NCBI RefSeq assembly: GCF_001194135.2
Contig: NC_068993.1
Location: forward strand, 62,011,928 to 62,075,831
Direction: 5' to 3'
DNA from: Octopus bimaculoides
Lineage: Eukaryota
Length of the DNA: 63,904 bases
Shown piece after piece: positions 45,058 to 59,000 of this stretch. How positions within the stretch are numbered: position 1 is the first letter of the stretch; every line of letters starts with the position of its first letter. The notes beneath the pieces were generated by a model. That model had not been told where the DNA came from, did not search any database, and saw nothing but the letters and a program-made list of their open reading frames with translations. A program made the position numbers and the translations under genes.

Positions 45058-45505
45058 GGGCTACCCAAAAGAAACCAGAATTTTGCAATATTATTTTATT
45101 TACTTAGTTTTACATATTTACACTTTTATCGCCTTCAAAGTATTCTCCATTTGAAGCTATGCATCAGTCCAGATGTGTTTTCCTCTGTTGCTAATTAATG
45201 CCTTTTTGATGTCTCCATCGTCTTTTTCTTCACCTCTTCCACATCTGCAAATTCTGTAGCACCAGCTTTCATCACCAGAGATGACATTTGAAAAAAAGGG
45301 TCTGGATCAACTTCTAATTGTTCTTTCAGTTCATGTTGTGCATTCAGTCGTGACTGCTTTTGATCTTCTGTCAATAAGCAAGACATAAAATTTTGCTGCA
45401 ACTCTTTTCATTCGCAATTCCTCATTCAAAAATGGTTGGCAGGAGTTCCAGGACACACCAGTCATATCAACAAGTTCAGCAATTGTTCGTTGATGTCTGT
45501 AAAAG
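45058..45505 (-). mobile_element. Internally deleted mariner element
   Basis: RTIAELVDMTGVSWNSCQ..LNEELRMKRVAAKF..LLTEDQKQSRL..ELKEQLEVDPD is joined directly to C-terminal FADVEEVKKKT; TIR-like end near 45058-45085. Confidence 0.85.
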
Positions 45506-46454
45506 TAAATGACAATGATGAGGCATGGCTGTATGGTAGGAAGTTTGCCTCCCAACCTTATAGTTCCAGGTTCATTCCCACTGCATAACACAGAAGGGGC
45601 CCAGCTGACAAAAGCCTTGTGAGTAGGAGAAAACTGAAAGAAGCCTGTTGTGTGTGTGCGTATGTGTGTGTGTGTGTGTCACCACCGCTTGACAACCAGT
45701 GTTAGTTTGTTTACGTCCCCATCACTTAGCAATTTGGGAAAAAAGACTGATAGAATAAGTTCCAGGCTATAAAAAAAAAAATTGCAGTCAATTTATTCGA
45801 CTAAAACATTCAATATGGTGCCCCAGAATGGCCGCAGTCCAGAGAATGAAACAAGTAAATAGTATGAGATAAAAGATAATACCTTTACTTTCTACTTGTT
45901 TCAGTCATTGGACAGCGGGCTCGAAGGGTTAACAAAATTAATGTGGCAACCTCACACAATTATTTTAATTAAGACTAAATCTATAGACAGGACAATGCTA
46001 AACAAAACAAAGGAATGAGTTAAAAGCAAATGGAATGTTTTTGGTAGTTGATAATCAAAAGCGATGATAGTTTCGGTGATGTTTAGGTGAGTGTAGTGCT
46101 AATAACACTGTTTTCGGCATTATTCATGTCTATCAGTAAAACAGTTTTGCGTCTCTTTCATTGCAGTGAAGAAACGTAGAGCACGAGATGGTGAATGAAG
46201 AGACAATAGAACAATTAACAATATAATAAAAAGGTTTTATTTATGATGATACTTGGTTTCACAATTCCTGTCATTCAGCTTAGCAGCCGCTGATTTAGTT
46301 GTAGTTTAGTAATGGAAGGTTAAGGGCTTCCTTGATGCCTGCCAGAGAACAGTGTAAAAGTGCTTCGTGGAGGAGTGAGGTATTGTCATGTAGAAGGTCT
46401 GAGCTCAACTCGCTAACAAAGTGAAACTAACTGTTTAAGTACGAGTTTTACTAT

Positions 46455-46549
46455 GCATGCGCAACTCGAGGGGCTTCCGGTGGTAAAGTCCCCTGCGCAT
46501 GCGCAAAATAGTACTTCCTCAATGGCAGCTATAATTTCGCGCCACTACA
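46455..46549 (+). promoter_or_regulatory. CpG-enriched promoter-like segment with NRF1-, ETS- and E2F-type motifs
   Basis: GCATGCGCA 46455-46463, CTTCCGG 46474-46480, perfect TGCGCATGCGCA palindrome 46494-46505, TTTCGCGCC 46535-46543 and ACTACA 46544-46549, in otherwise CpG-poor DNA. A donor AAT|GTAAGC follows at 46608. Confidence 0.55.
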
Positions 46550-47381
46550 AGCTTAAAATCTATTCAGCACTTACAAAACATAAAGTGATGGCAGAAGAAT
46601 ACACTAATGTAAGCAAAAAAACCCCTCTGAAATTCACACCCACAATGCTGCAACGCCACCTCAAGAATAAGGGCAACTATGCATCTCCTTGCACATCACT
46701 AGCGTCAGGGGTGAAAGTAAAACCTTCCGTGACTCGCTCCGGGCATTGAAAGACACCCTCATTCATACATTATGACAAGGCACAATAAACATTTTATATT
46801 GTTAGAAATATTTTCTCATGAACATTTTTATGAATATGAACCCCCTCCTCCCACATTCAGTTATTATTTAACTGAACGTTTTATTACAAACTGCTATTAT
46901 TTGTCTTGACTGGTTGGTGTAGCTTTGCAAACGGTCATGTCATACGTCTGTGCATTCAATCATGTTATACTATATAAATTGTATGTTGCCATTTTTATAC
47001 TGTGATAACCCTATATGTTCGAATTGTTTGTTTTGACAGGATCAATTGTGACTGACATGTCTATTTATACCAGAATAAAATGACATTTTATAGAAATGTC
47101 TTTTCGTTAATCTTTTCCGTATCTCTGGAACTATCAACTTTTTATTGGTTCAGGTTACAGCGTGCGTGTAGTATAACTAAAAGAAAATATATTTGGTATT
47201 TTACACTTATAAAGCATTCACACATTTCTGTAGATTAACTGCTAGGATTACATCGTGGCTTGGTACATAATATATAAGCTTATTAAAAAAATTTATCCTC
47301 ATTGCTTAGCAAAAGAAAGATTAAAAATGGTGTCAAGTGCTATACGATTATTGCTCTGAATAAAACACATTTCACTGATGT

Positions 47382-47542
47382 CAGGCGTGGTCCCGGGAAC
47401 TTTTCGAAGGGGGGGGGGCACAAGGTCAGGAGGGAATACAATTCCAGGAGAAAAGGGCATAATAACATTATTTAGAAGGGTGCACTTCTTTTGTTGAGTG
47501 GGGAATGTGCTCCTCAAGCCCCCACCCCGGATCCGCCCCTGG
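47382..47542. mobile_element. Degenerate hAT-like MITE
   Basis: Ends CAGGCGTGGTCCC ... GGATCCGCCCCTG (imperfect TIR, consensus CAGGGGCGGATCC). Confidence 0.45.
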
Positions 47543-49492
47543 ATGTTGTCGTCAATTTGCATATTGGAGATATAACAACATCAGTGAATTTGCAGGATGC
47601 AGGGGGAAATATCTCATAGTATTTAGCAAGACTGTTAGCTAAAACTGACCTGGTCTTTCATCTTTCCGGTATCAATAAAGTAAACATTCACACACAACAG
47701 TCACTCTGTAGTATGTCGGTATTAGCATTAGTTAACACACATTTTAAATCTTAAGGTAGGCACAAACGACGCTGTAAGTCTACAGCTTTATTCGGTTTGT
47801 GATTAGCCGAATAAATAGGTGCACCTATGCTATGTCCGATTGTCACTTATATAATGTGGCTGCAACCATGTTTAATTGAATTCCTTTACTTCGTTTCTCG
47901 AAGGATTACCGGCTTGTAGTTAGGTCCTATCGCATTTGCTACACAAGAACCATTCTTCTTCCATGTGCACAAGCAGTATCAACCAAACTCAATGCCGTCA
48001 TCTCCCATATTTTCTACAAGCATTTCTATTAAGTTCCTTTCTATATACTCAAAGTACATCTGATGTATTCATGCATTCATTTACACTATTGACGTCTCTA
48101 TAAAACACAATTTACTTCTTTACAGATCTTGCCTTTCATCCTTTAGGGGTCGATAAAATAAGTACCAGTTGAGCATTGGGGTCGATACAATCGACTTAGC
48201 CCCCACCCCCTCGAAATTGCTGGCCCTGTGTCAAAATTTGAAGCCAATATTCTCCAAAAGCGGCGAGCTGGGTGAGTTGTTAACATGTTGGACAAAATGC
48301 TTAGCAGCATTTTTTTCTGGCTTTATGTTCTGTGTTCAAGTTCCACCAAGGTTGACTTTGCTTTTCATCATTTTGGAATCGCTGAAATAAATACCAGTAA
48401 AGCACTGGTATCAATGTAATCGATTAGCCCATCCTCCCCACAGACTTCAGGCTTTGTGCCTATAGTAGAAAGGATTATTAATATCTATTAATCCAATTTA
48501 ATCGGTTCAAATATGTTGTAGTGCATCCGAGCACTACATACAAGTTCATTATGTATCAAACCAACACTATTTTATTCTTCTTCTGTCTACCACGAGCTAT
48601 CCTTTCACTCACCTCCTTCTGATCATCCATGTTTTTTCTCTTCAGATAATTAAAAGAAGTTGAAGTTGAAATTTCAGGCAGAAGGCCTGAAATTTATGGG
48701 GGCGGGCGTAAGTCGGCTCCGGAAGGACGAAGGGCAAAGTTGACCTCGGCGGAATTTCAACTTGGAATGTAAAACCGGATGAAATGTCGCAAAGCATTTT
48801 GTCCGGCATACTCACTGCCTCGCTGAACATATAAATTGGAAAGACCTCATTCGCCAGGAAGCACAAATCAATGTCTGTGGGAGCTATACCACTTTTTCTT
48901 TCTTCTTGGACTAAATTTAAAGAATTGAAATACTGGTAATATATTAGAATTCAGTAAATCCAAAACACATTCTTGTAATTAAGAAAAAAAATGTATTATT
49001 AAATCTGTATCTTCTATATTTAATTTTGTCTTTAGACTTGGCTTATTTTAATCAGTACCTCCTTTTTTCTCTCCGGAAGCAAATAAATACAAGTAATATA
49101 CTTGTGTTCACCCCCCCCACAAAAAAAAAAGAATTAGCAAATTTGTATATTTTAAACTTAATTTAGTCTTTAAACTTGTCCTATACAAGGAAGTAATTTA
49201 CTGCGAAACATACCTAAAGACCAGGTGTTAAGAAACTATTTAAGTAGCAGTGTGGAGTGACTTCCCTTGTTACTGCCGCTCTCCACCTAAAGCTGTCATT
49301 TACAGGTTAATGTTGTTATTAAACAGTTATATATATATACATATATACAAATAAGGTGTATATATATGTATATATTTATATGAATATAATCTCACACGCT
49401 GTGGCAAACACTGTCTATTTATTTATTTATATATACATGTAGCTATATATTTCCCTCTTCACTTTCGAAAGACTTTTTTCTCCCCCACCCAG

Positions 49493-49802
49493 TTTGTCGG
49501 TGTCGTCTAAAGAAACACTCATGGATCCTCGAGAGAATTCCGATTTATACGATGGTGGAACTGTTAGTGTATCTACTGGGGCCAGTCGGTCTACCACTGG
49601 TGCCAGTAGTGAATCAGTGTCCACTTCGGACCGTTCCATGCCTCAACAGTCTCCAAGTACCAGTTCAAAAGAGAGTGCTGGCTCGCCTTCCAAATCACTC
49701 TGTTCCTCGACATCGACATCTTCGGAAAATGTCCCGGCAGCGACCACCGTCAACGTTGCTCACAGCGCTGTTTTATCAACTTCGGAACCTGCCACTGTCA
49801 AG
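49493..49802 (+). CDS. Probable coding exon of an unidentified gene; Ser/Thr-rich, likely disordered N-terminus (MDPRENSDLYDGG...SEPATVK)
   Basis: Acceptor tcccccacccag| at 49492, frame open across the exon (ATG at 49521), higher GC/CpG than flanks, strong donor AAG|GTAAGT at 49802 (phase 0). No recognisable domain; the next exon was not found. Confidence 0.65.
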
Positions 49803-50058
49803 GTAAGTGACATCTATATATACATACAACACACACACACACGTAAATGGGTATTTTTTCTGACTCCTCGGGCAACTACGTATATACTCCAGAGGGTAAC
49901 AAATTCAAAGAATCTATGTCTGTCACTAAGAATGAAGAACTCCAAGAATAAACCTTACAGTATAGAAACATTTAATCCATAATTGTTAATTTGACAAATA
50001 TATTTTCTCGAACTAACGGTTGTGGATTATATATATATATATATATATATAATGTATG

Positions 50059-50096
<38 letters not shown>

Positions 50097-50564
50097 GATG
50101 CACATCGTAACATTGACTTGTTCCATAGACAATTATATTAAGAAAGTGTATAAAGTTATTAACATTTTATCTTTGTATAATTCATTTAGGAAGTATATCC
50201 ATATCGTGGCATCACGTATAAATTTGTGTACGCAAGCATAGACATAATGTATAAACCGTATAAACACACGCGCGCGTGTATGTGTGTGAAATAAACATGT
50301 GTGCGCTCCTCCCTCTGTTCAAAATTTCAAGTTTCATTTTGTAGATACACGTACAATGTGTCAACTCACGTACACACACACACACACACACACACACATC
50401 AGACATCATACAGTCTGCCCTTCACTCTGAGAGAAAAACAGTTTCTAGTCGAAGTAATAACTCCTAAACATTTTTTCCCATCGTATTTTCCCTCTAGCAA
50501 CTATGCTTGAGGGTCACCTACCTCTGCTGTGATGTGTGTGTGTGTGTGTGTGTGTATGGGTCGG

Positions 50565-51290
50565 TCTGGAATTCCATCTCTAAATGTGCTAAATTAGCTA
50601 CAAGAGCTTGGTCATCTGTATATAGACGGAGGACTATAATAAACAGGAGGAAGATGAGGAGTGAGCCTTTTGTGCCCCCACCCCTGTTGGCTAAATTCAT
50701 CTCTGTAGTCATTTCTTGCAGACTGCACTGCTGTACATATTTTGCACAACCCTTGTTAGCCGTTCAGCTGTCAATAATTTTTTTTGTGATCACCAGATTA
50801 CAGATTCTGGAATCCTATCAAAAGCCTTCTCCAGGACAATGAATGCCAAGTACAATGGCTTATTGCTAGCCAAGTACTTCTGCAATTGTTTCAGTAGGAA
50901 GAGTGTTTCAGTAAACTTTGGTATAGTTTAAAACTCCAGTATTTTGAGGCTTTTTTGCAAATTTGTTGTTACTTGGCGCAGTGCATCCCACCCAATGTTA
51001 TCGTTACAAACGAAGGCCTTCTAACCAGAATACAAGGGCTGCAAGTTCCTCAGTTTACCATTTTCTCCACATTTTTTTTAGACTAGACATGGACAGTTGA
51101 GCCTTGCAACACTGAACAATTTTTGTTCCCTGCGCCAAAGAATAAACCCCAAGACTGTTGTGTTTGCACTGGAATTGCAATTTTTATTGTAAAGCTCCAC
51201 TAATATTCCTTACTTTTGGATACATACCAATTCTGGTGGCCTTTGGTATGGTTGTCAGGACACTATGATTTTGAGGCCTGTATTATAATT
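50565..51290 (-). mobile_element. Degenerate RTE LINE reverse transcriptase fragment
   Basis: KYLASNKPLYLAFIVLEKAFDRIPESVIW..., GS(L)LIFLLFIIVL, LYTDDQALVA (decayed YADD motif). Confidence 0.85.
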
Positions 51291-51907
51291 CTAATATCTC
51301 GTTAAAGGCGTGAATATCATAAATTCCTTTTTAGTCATGTCACTAAAAAAAAAGGGAAAAGTCAGTGACTTTGTAAACTAACAACGAGGTGAGGTGGCAG
51401 AGATGTTAGCAATGTCAGATAAAATAAATACATAGCAGCATATTCCTTTCAGCTCTTTACAAAAAAATAAACGTCTCTAAGAGCCAGCACTTAGCTTTAA
51501 TTTTATGGTATCAAATATTTTAAATGTGGTGTTGATTATCCTTAAATTTTGGGGTATTGAATTTGTTGAATTGGTAGTGTTTCTGAGTAAATTCCTTACA
51601 TATTCTACAAGTAGTTGACTTAGTTTTGCAGCCCAGTGGGAGTTGATTAACCCATAAAGCATGACGGGCCACAATCGTGGCTGTGAGGCACAGATCGACA
51701 GGCCATGATTGTGGCTCAGATAGGTGCATTTAATTTATGGGTGTTTGTTGGGGGTCTAGTGTCACTTACATGCTCCAATAAACCCCCAGAATGCAAGAGT
51801 GCTAATAGTTCAACTAATGACTTTTCAGATGATGTAAAACTTGCCACCATTATATACTAAGAAGATAGTTTAACTATTGTTTTGCTTTTTATGTGTGTTT
51901 GGTAGTA

Positions 51908-52240
51908 TCATCATCATCATCATCATCATCATCATGATCGTCATTTAACGTCCGCTTTCCATGCTGGCATGGGTTGGATGGTTCAACTGAGGACTGACGA
52001 GCCAGAAGGCTGCACCAGGCTCCAATCTGATCTGGCAGAGTTTCTACCGCTGGATGCCCTTCCTAACGCCAACCACTCTGAGAGTGTTGTGGGTGCTTTT
52101 ACGTGCCACCGGCACGAGGGCCAGTCAGGTAATACTGGCAACGACCATGCTCAAAAGGTGTTTTTTACGTGTCACCTCCATGGGAGCCAGTCTGGCAGCA
52201 ATGGCGATGACCACGCTCGAATGTTGTTTTTCATGTGCCA
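51908..52240 (-). mobile_element. RTE-tail short repeat with (ATG)n tail (representative copy)
   Basis: Ends GGAAAGCGGACGTTAAATGA(TGA)n. Many copies, e.g. 2000-2222, 5350-5590, 6083-6206, 14214-14315, 19335-19516, 32790-33120, 37445-37655, 40600-40935, 53820-54085 and 62405-62595. Confidence 0.8.
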
Positions 52241-53778
52241 CTAAAAGTAAAAAAAATAAAATTATTGAGAAAAAACCCCCATAAAAATTGATGTCCAGAG
52301 AATGATTATAAAGATAGTGATAATGATGATGATGCTTCTGTTAAGAATTGTTTTTCATTATCCCTGTCACTCTCTGAGTATTGATTTTATCAGCCCAGAT
52401 ATGGCATTGAGTCCTGAATAGAATGTCAGACTTTAAGCCGTAGTAACATTGATAGTTCAGCTTATTTTTAGTTGGCTTATTTCTGGTGAGCCAGGAAATG
52501 ATGATACACACCAGTCAAATATTAAGGATGGTTACATTAATTATAACTTTTAAATTGACTACACTGAAGGATTGTCATCTGGTGCCAAACTTAATCATCA
52601 TCATCATCATTGATAATGTTTAGTTTATGCCTTTCCAGTGACAGTTGTAAGTTTTGTCTCAGGTATCAGGTGCCACTTGGTAAGTTATGGGAAACATGCA
52701 AAATTCAGAGGAAGTTACAATAATGATGGAATCTAAAAACAGAAACAATTCCTATCATAGTAGGTGCCTTAGGTATAATAAAAAAATATTCAGACAAATA
52801 CATAACAAAAACACCAGGACTTACAAATATATATAACATACAGAAAATTGCACTACTGGGTACTGCACACATTCTACGCAAAACACTTTCAATACAGTAA
52901 ACATAAGAGCACCACAGCACATACCCAAGGCGCACAGAGCTGTGCTCGGTAGTGAAGTGAAAGCACGTTATAAAAATAAAACTACTGAATAATAATAATA
53001 ATAATAATAGTGATAATAATAAATATAATAATGGTTTCAAATTTGGCCACAAGGGCAGCCATTTTGAGGGAGAAAATGAGTCGTTTACATCAACCCCAGT
53101 GTTTTACTGGTATTTAATTTATTGACCCTGAAAAGATGAAAGGTCAAGTCAACCTCGGCGGAATTTGAATTCAGAACATAGCAGCAGATGAAATACTGCC
53201 AAGCATTTCATCCGGTGTGCTAACGAGTCTGCCAGCTCGCTGCCTTAATAATAATAATGATAATAATAATGATGATGATGATGATGATGTTTCAGATTTT
53301 GGCATAAAGCCAGCAGTTTTTAAGGGAAGGGTTTAACCAACCCCATTAACCCCAGTCAACCCTGAAAGGATGAAATAAAGTGTGTTGCTCTAGAACACGA
53401 TCCACCACTAGGAATTGAACACACGGCCTTATGAGAGTGAGCTGAATACCCTAACCACTAAGCCATGTGCCTTCTCAAATATATATACCTTTATTAGATA
53501 GTCCCAAACAAGGCAAGAAACCCTTCAGCGTAAGGGATTATGAAGCTGGAGGGATTAAGAGGAAAGGAATGAATTTATTTCAAAAGAAGGAGAGAAACAA
53601 TGAGATACATATGCAATGGGCTTCTTTAAGTTTCCATATACCAAAACTACTCATAAAGCTTTGGTTGGCCCAAGGCTATGGTAGAAGCCATTCACCCAAA
53701 GTGCCATGGAATGGGACTGAACCTAAAACCATGTGGTTGGGAAGCAAATTTCTTACCATACAGTTAATCATATATGAG

Positions 53779-53818
<40 letters not shown>

Positions 53819-54092
53819 CCGCCTGACTGGCCTCCGTGCCAGTGGCACATAGAAAGCACCATTTGAACGTGGTTGTTACCAGTGCCACCTGACTGGCTCC
53901 CATGCTGGTGACATGTAAAAAGCACCCACTACACTCTCTGAGTGGTTGGCATTAGCAAGGGCATCCAGCTGTAGAAATATTACCAGATCAGATTGGAGCA
54001 CGGTACAACCTTCTGGTTTGCCAGTCCTCAGTCAAACCGTCCATCGCATGCCAGCATAGAAAGCGGACATTAAACGATGACAATAATGATTA

Positions 54093-54123
<31 letters not shown>

Positions 54124-54965
54124 ATATAGTCAAACTTATATGAACTCATGTTATGTAGAGTCAAGCAGATATAGTTATGTAGGTTACTATTATACAGAAT
54201 CTGAAAAGCATTCATAACAAAACAGATTTTTTGAAATGTCTTTGTTTTGCCACTGTAACAATTAAAATAGATAATTAACATCATAAATTAGTCTTTCTAT
54301 TGACATCTGGTTATGAAATGGAAGAGATAAGATATCCAGTCATATATATATATTTAGCCATATGTAATTAATTAATTGGTTCATTCTATAAAGGAGACAC
54401 TTTTAGTTCTTCTGTATTTTTGTAGATTCATTCTTTGTTTGATAAATTAGGCCCACAAAGGTCACAGGTACTGCTTCCTCTGCTTCAGATGTTTAATCTT
54501 TTAAAAATAAAGCTGAAAACTCTATTAATTAAAATTACTTGCTCCTTTTTGTATTTAAAGAAAAATATAATTATTGCTATCATCTGTGTCTTTTTTTGAA
54601 ATATCAATGTTCCTCTGTCCCCTGCTCGCCTCTCCCTCCAGCCTAAAAACGTAGACTGCTTTGAATGAGTTTTGTCCCTCTCCTTCCATGACCTTTCCTT
54701 TGATCTTTACTGCTAACATCTGATGAGTCAGGTGACGGTGGGCAACTAACCATAACAGTAAAGAAAGAAATTCATAAACATCATCATCTTCATCATCACT
54801 GTCATCACCATCATCATCATCACCATCACCAACATCATTATCATCATCAAGCAGAAGATACAAGAGAAAAAGACATCTTTGAGATGACAGAAGACATGGG
54901 ATGTGATGAGACCAAAAATCAAAATATCAGGGTGCTAGATAGGTAGCAGACAATGGAACATGGTG

Positions 54966-55065
54966 CCATCTCCTGGCTTACCATCTCCTGGCTTACCATC
55001 TCCTGGCTTACCATCTCCTGGCTTACCATCTCCTGGCTTACCATCTCCTGGCTTACCATCTCCTG
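54966..55065 (+). repeat. Perfect 15-bp tandem repeat (CCATCTCCTGGCTTA)x6.7 inside an RTE-tail repeat
   Basis: Six identical units plus 10 bp. Confidence 0.95.
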
Positions 55066-55104
55066 TAAAACCATCTAATCCATGTCAGTATGGAAAACAG
55101 ACAT

Positions 55105-55135
<31 letters not shown>

Positions 55136-55981
55136 CTGTTTCTTGAAAATTTAAAAGTTGGATAGGCAGATATGGAGAGACTAAATGCATTTGGAATCAA
55201 TTGACAGAGACTACAGTTATTGATAGTAACTGAAAAGGTGAATGAATGTTGCCTAGGCTCAGTTCTGTGACCTGACTGAACAAACCTGTGATCAAAGGCA
55301 TTCTAACCATGACCTTCTCGATTTTTATATCGATAATTACATTGTCCAATGTGTTCTTCCTTTCCTTTTAAGGTGGTAGGGTGTTATTTCTAGCTGGTTG
55401 AGTGATCATCACATACAAGCCCCCCCTAATTGGCTGCTATTTCTAGCACATCAGGTGACAGCATAGAGGTTCTTTCATTGGTTTGAAGCAAATGTTGAGC
55501 TGTGAGATTAAATAGCGGTTTACATTTCTTTCGGAATGACACACTTCTCCCTGAGGGATCGACTTCTCCAGCATGGGGCCCAGGATGAAACATGAGTCTC
55601 TACTTCATCACACACACACACACTGAGACAATCAGATATGCATCTTTAGTTGAATGTTGCTGACTCAGTCTTTGCTCAGCCCATCAATCCTGTTGACTCT
55701 TCATACAATTCTCCAAACCATTTCACATGCTCCATGACATGTGTGCTGCTTCTGCTGCTTCTGCTTCTTCTTCTTCTTCTTCCATTCATTTCTATTTATG
55801 TGCCGAGTCATTATTGTCAGGTTTCATTAAGGAAACTGTGTTGTTGTAGTTGTAATCATACAGGAAGGACCCTGGAGAAGGATTGTCTCAGATTTTATTT
55901 CAGTAAAATGGAATGTTAGTCCCAGTTGTCATGTGACAACGATGACGTTGCTACTATTATTTTATATTACAAGTATCAGAG

Positions 55982-56039
<58 letters not shown>

Positions 56040-59000
56040 TTTAAGGTTTTAGTGTCCCCTTTTACCAGGGCCTATGAGACCTTTGGCAGGTCCTTATAAG
56101 AATTTCTTGTTAGGATTTACAAGCAATAAATTACTTATAGTTCTTTAACATATAAGATGTTTTTACAATTTTTGTTTATAAGATTCCTAATGATATTTAA
56201 TTAAAAAAATGTAATAGGTTTTTTTTTTTTAACATGGGTGCAGGTGTGGTTCTATGGTAAGAAACTTGCTTCCCACCCACATGGTTCTGGGTTCAGTCCC
56301 ATTGCGTGGCACCTTGGGCAAGTGTCTTCTATTGTAGCCTCAGGTTGGTCAAAGCCTTGTGAGTGGATTTGGTAGATCGAAACTGAAAGAAGCCTGTTGT
56401 GTATATGTGTATATATATATATTTATGTGTCTTTGTGTCTGTGTTTGTTCTCCCATCACCGCTTGGCAACTGATGTTGGTGTGTTTACATCCCTGTAACT
56501 TAGTAGTTCGGCAAAAGTGACTGATAGAATAAGTACCAGGCTTACAAAGGATAAGTCCTGGGGTCAATTTCTTCGACTAAAAAGGCGGTGCTCCAGCATG
56601 GCTGCAGTCAAATGACTGAAACAAGTAAAAGAACAAGAGAATAGTAAGATAGATATCAACGGGCTCCATAGGCAATAAACTTTTGAGTATTACTGGTATA
56701 ACAGTGTGATGTAGTGGTGTTATAGGCTCAGACTTCTTTGAAGAGGTCAGACATGCATTAATAATTAATTCTCATGACTAAGTTGTTCCCGTCTCAAATT
56801 TCCTTTTCTTAGTGTTAGACAGACATGATATTGCTACAGTATCAGATTTCTTGTCTAGTTTCTGGAAAACTTGGAATTTTCAGAAAGCCGAGAATATCTT
56901 GCAATACCATGCCATATACTGTACCCTGTTTTGAGTAAATAGATTCTGTTTTTGAAGTTAATTTGCATATAGTGTGTTGAAAATAGCATTGTTTTTCCTT
57001 TTTTAAATGTATTAATTTTTATTACTGAAATCTGTTAAATAAAATCATTTGTTTAATTTTCATTCTATAAACATTATAGAACAGAATGATTTATTGTAAA
57101 AATTTTAAGTGGATCAATAGATACCAAACAGACCCACTTTAGAAGTGTATTAACGTGAAGCTATAAAATACAATTTAGTTCTTTACTTTTCATGACATTA
57201 CTTTAAGTGTGTGTGTGTANNNNNNNNNNNNNNNNNNNNNNNNNNNNNNNNNNNNNNNNNNNNNNNNNNNNNNNNNNNNNNNNNNNNNNNNNNNNNNNNN
57301 NNNNNNNNNNNNNNNNNNNATATATATATATATACACATGTATATATATATATATATATGTATATATATTTAGACTGTTTCAGGAAATTGAAAAATCCAG
57401 GAATCTTCTAGTCCCAAGCTTGTGGCTGTAATTGGTCCAGTACTGTACTTGACTGATGAGGTTTTAAACAAACAGGGCAATCACCCTTACAGAAAGAGCC
57501 TCTCCATTGACATTATTAAAGACGTGTTTCTTGACCATATCATCTCCTGCCTCAGTGCCATCATCGATTTGCTGTCCATTTTAGTCTGTGACTATTTCCT
57601 TTGGGATTGCATTAACCTTTTCCTTATGAAAATTCTGTTGAAATGCATTGCCTTTGTTTCAGCTAAATTTGATGGCAACACAAGAATTTATAAATTTTTG
57701 AAAGAACACAAAAAAGTTTCTTTTTTTTTTTGGAACTGGATCTTGAAGCACACCTAAAACCATTTATCTATTTATTGCTCAATCCCACTCCTGATTACCA
57801 TCTTGTCCCTCATAGCCCTTCCTCCCTCCGTCCTCTGCCTCGCTACCACCTGTGCTGACCACACACTCCACTTCTCGCTCACCTCGTTTCTCTTATCTTG
57901 CCCCACACGTAAGACACTACATTGTGTGAAACAGTAAGAAGTAGCAGTTGGAGGATATTATTTTTAAGACTAAATAAACAGTTAATGCTGTATGTGTTAT
58001 CTATTTAATTGTTTTTAGCACATGTGGTTCTCTACATTCAGACAATGGAAGTTGTTGATACCCTACATTTTGGTTGGCCACAAGGCTGGTTGCCTTGATG
58101 CTATGGATCAAGTGCAGTGCCTGCTGGAATTGGTGGCATCTGAACTTGTCTCATATGGATCCAGATTACCACATTCCCCAGCTGCGGACTTAGTGAACAG
58201 TCAATACGAGGAGTTGAAACGGAGTCTTTTATTTTCATTTTATTTGTTAATTTCTTTCGATATAGTTTTTCAAGCATGGCTACAAGCACTTCTACTAGTG
58301 TTTCTACAACTACTGCTGTTAGCATTATATAATATGTTGTTCACGGCAACAATGTGATAAGACTCAAGCATTTGTAATGGGTAGAACAATGTATATGTGT
58401 GTAAAGTTGTGTATTTGTGATTATACACACGCACACACACACACACACACACACATTTGCACTTTGTGTGTGTGTGTATCCAAAGGTTGCATTTTTGTGT
58501 ACTTTGCCCTACTAGAACACCCATAACTTACTATTAATCTTGTGTGTGCTCGTTTCTATATGTATGTATTTGTGTGTGTTTGTTTTTTATGTGTGTGTGT
58601 GTGTGAGAGAGGGAGAGGGGAGAGAGAAAGAGAGAGAGAGAGAGAGAAGCAGGGTGGGAGACAGCTTGACAGACATAACATAAGTGAGAAGCATAATGGT
58701 TTATACCAGTTAGGCAGTGGTATCATTATTAAAAAGTCTAGGAGGAAGTCTAGGTCTGAAATATTTACTGTTCTTCACATATTTAATCTCATTTCTGTTA
58801 AAAATTATAATTTTTTTTTTATAATCATACAAATATGTTTTAATTAGAGAAACTTTTTTATGAGAAAGGAATTTTTGAAAAATCATTTTTTTTAGAGAGA
58901 AAAATTGAACCTTAATTAGCAGTGGGGCCTCAGAGTAGCAGACTGATAGAACTCTTTGAGCATTGGCTGTAATGTTTTATTGTATATAGTTATGGACCTT

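Noticed and set aside
46244-46403. C/D snoRNA-like ATGATGA...CTGA
   Set aside because: No terminal stem, no recognisable antisense guide, and the spacing is too short (50 nt) or too long (160 nt).
46310-46575. RNase P/MRP-like words (GAAGGTCTGAG at 46393-46403, CCAGAGAAC, TCAATGGC, AAAGTCCCC)
   Set aside because: The motifs are not in the conserved CR-I to CR-V order and no downstream UCAGAC/GGGGCU partner for helix P4 exists. A promoter explains the region better. An Rfam scan would settle it.
57453-57475. CTGATGAG-GTTT-T-AAAC-AAAC hammerhead-like string
   Set aside because: G12 is missing and no stem I or III can be formed.
57422-58357. Two 111-aa plus-strand ORFs as possible next exons of the unknown gene
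   Set aside because: No consistent acceptor/donor pair in phase 0 and no recognisable homology.
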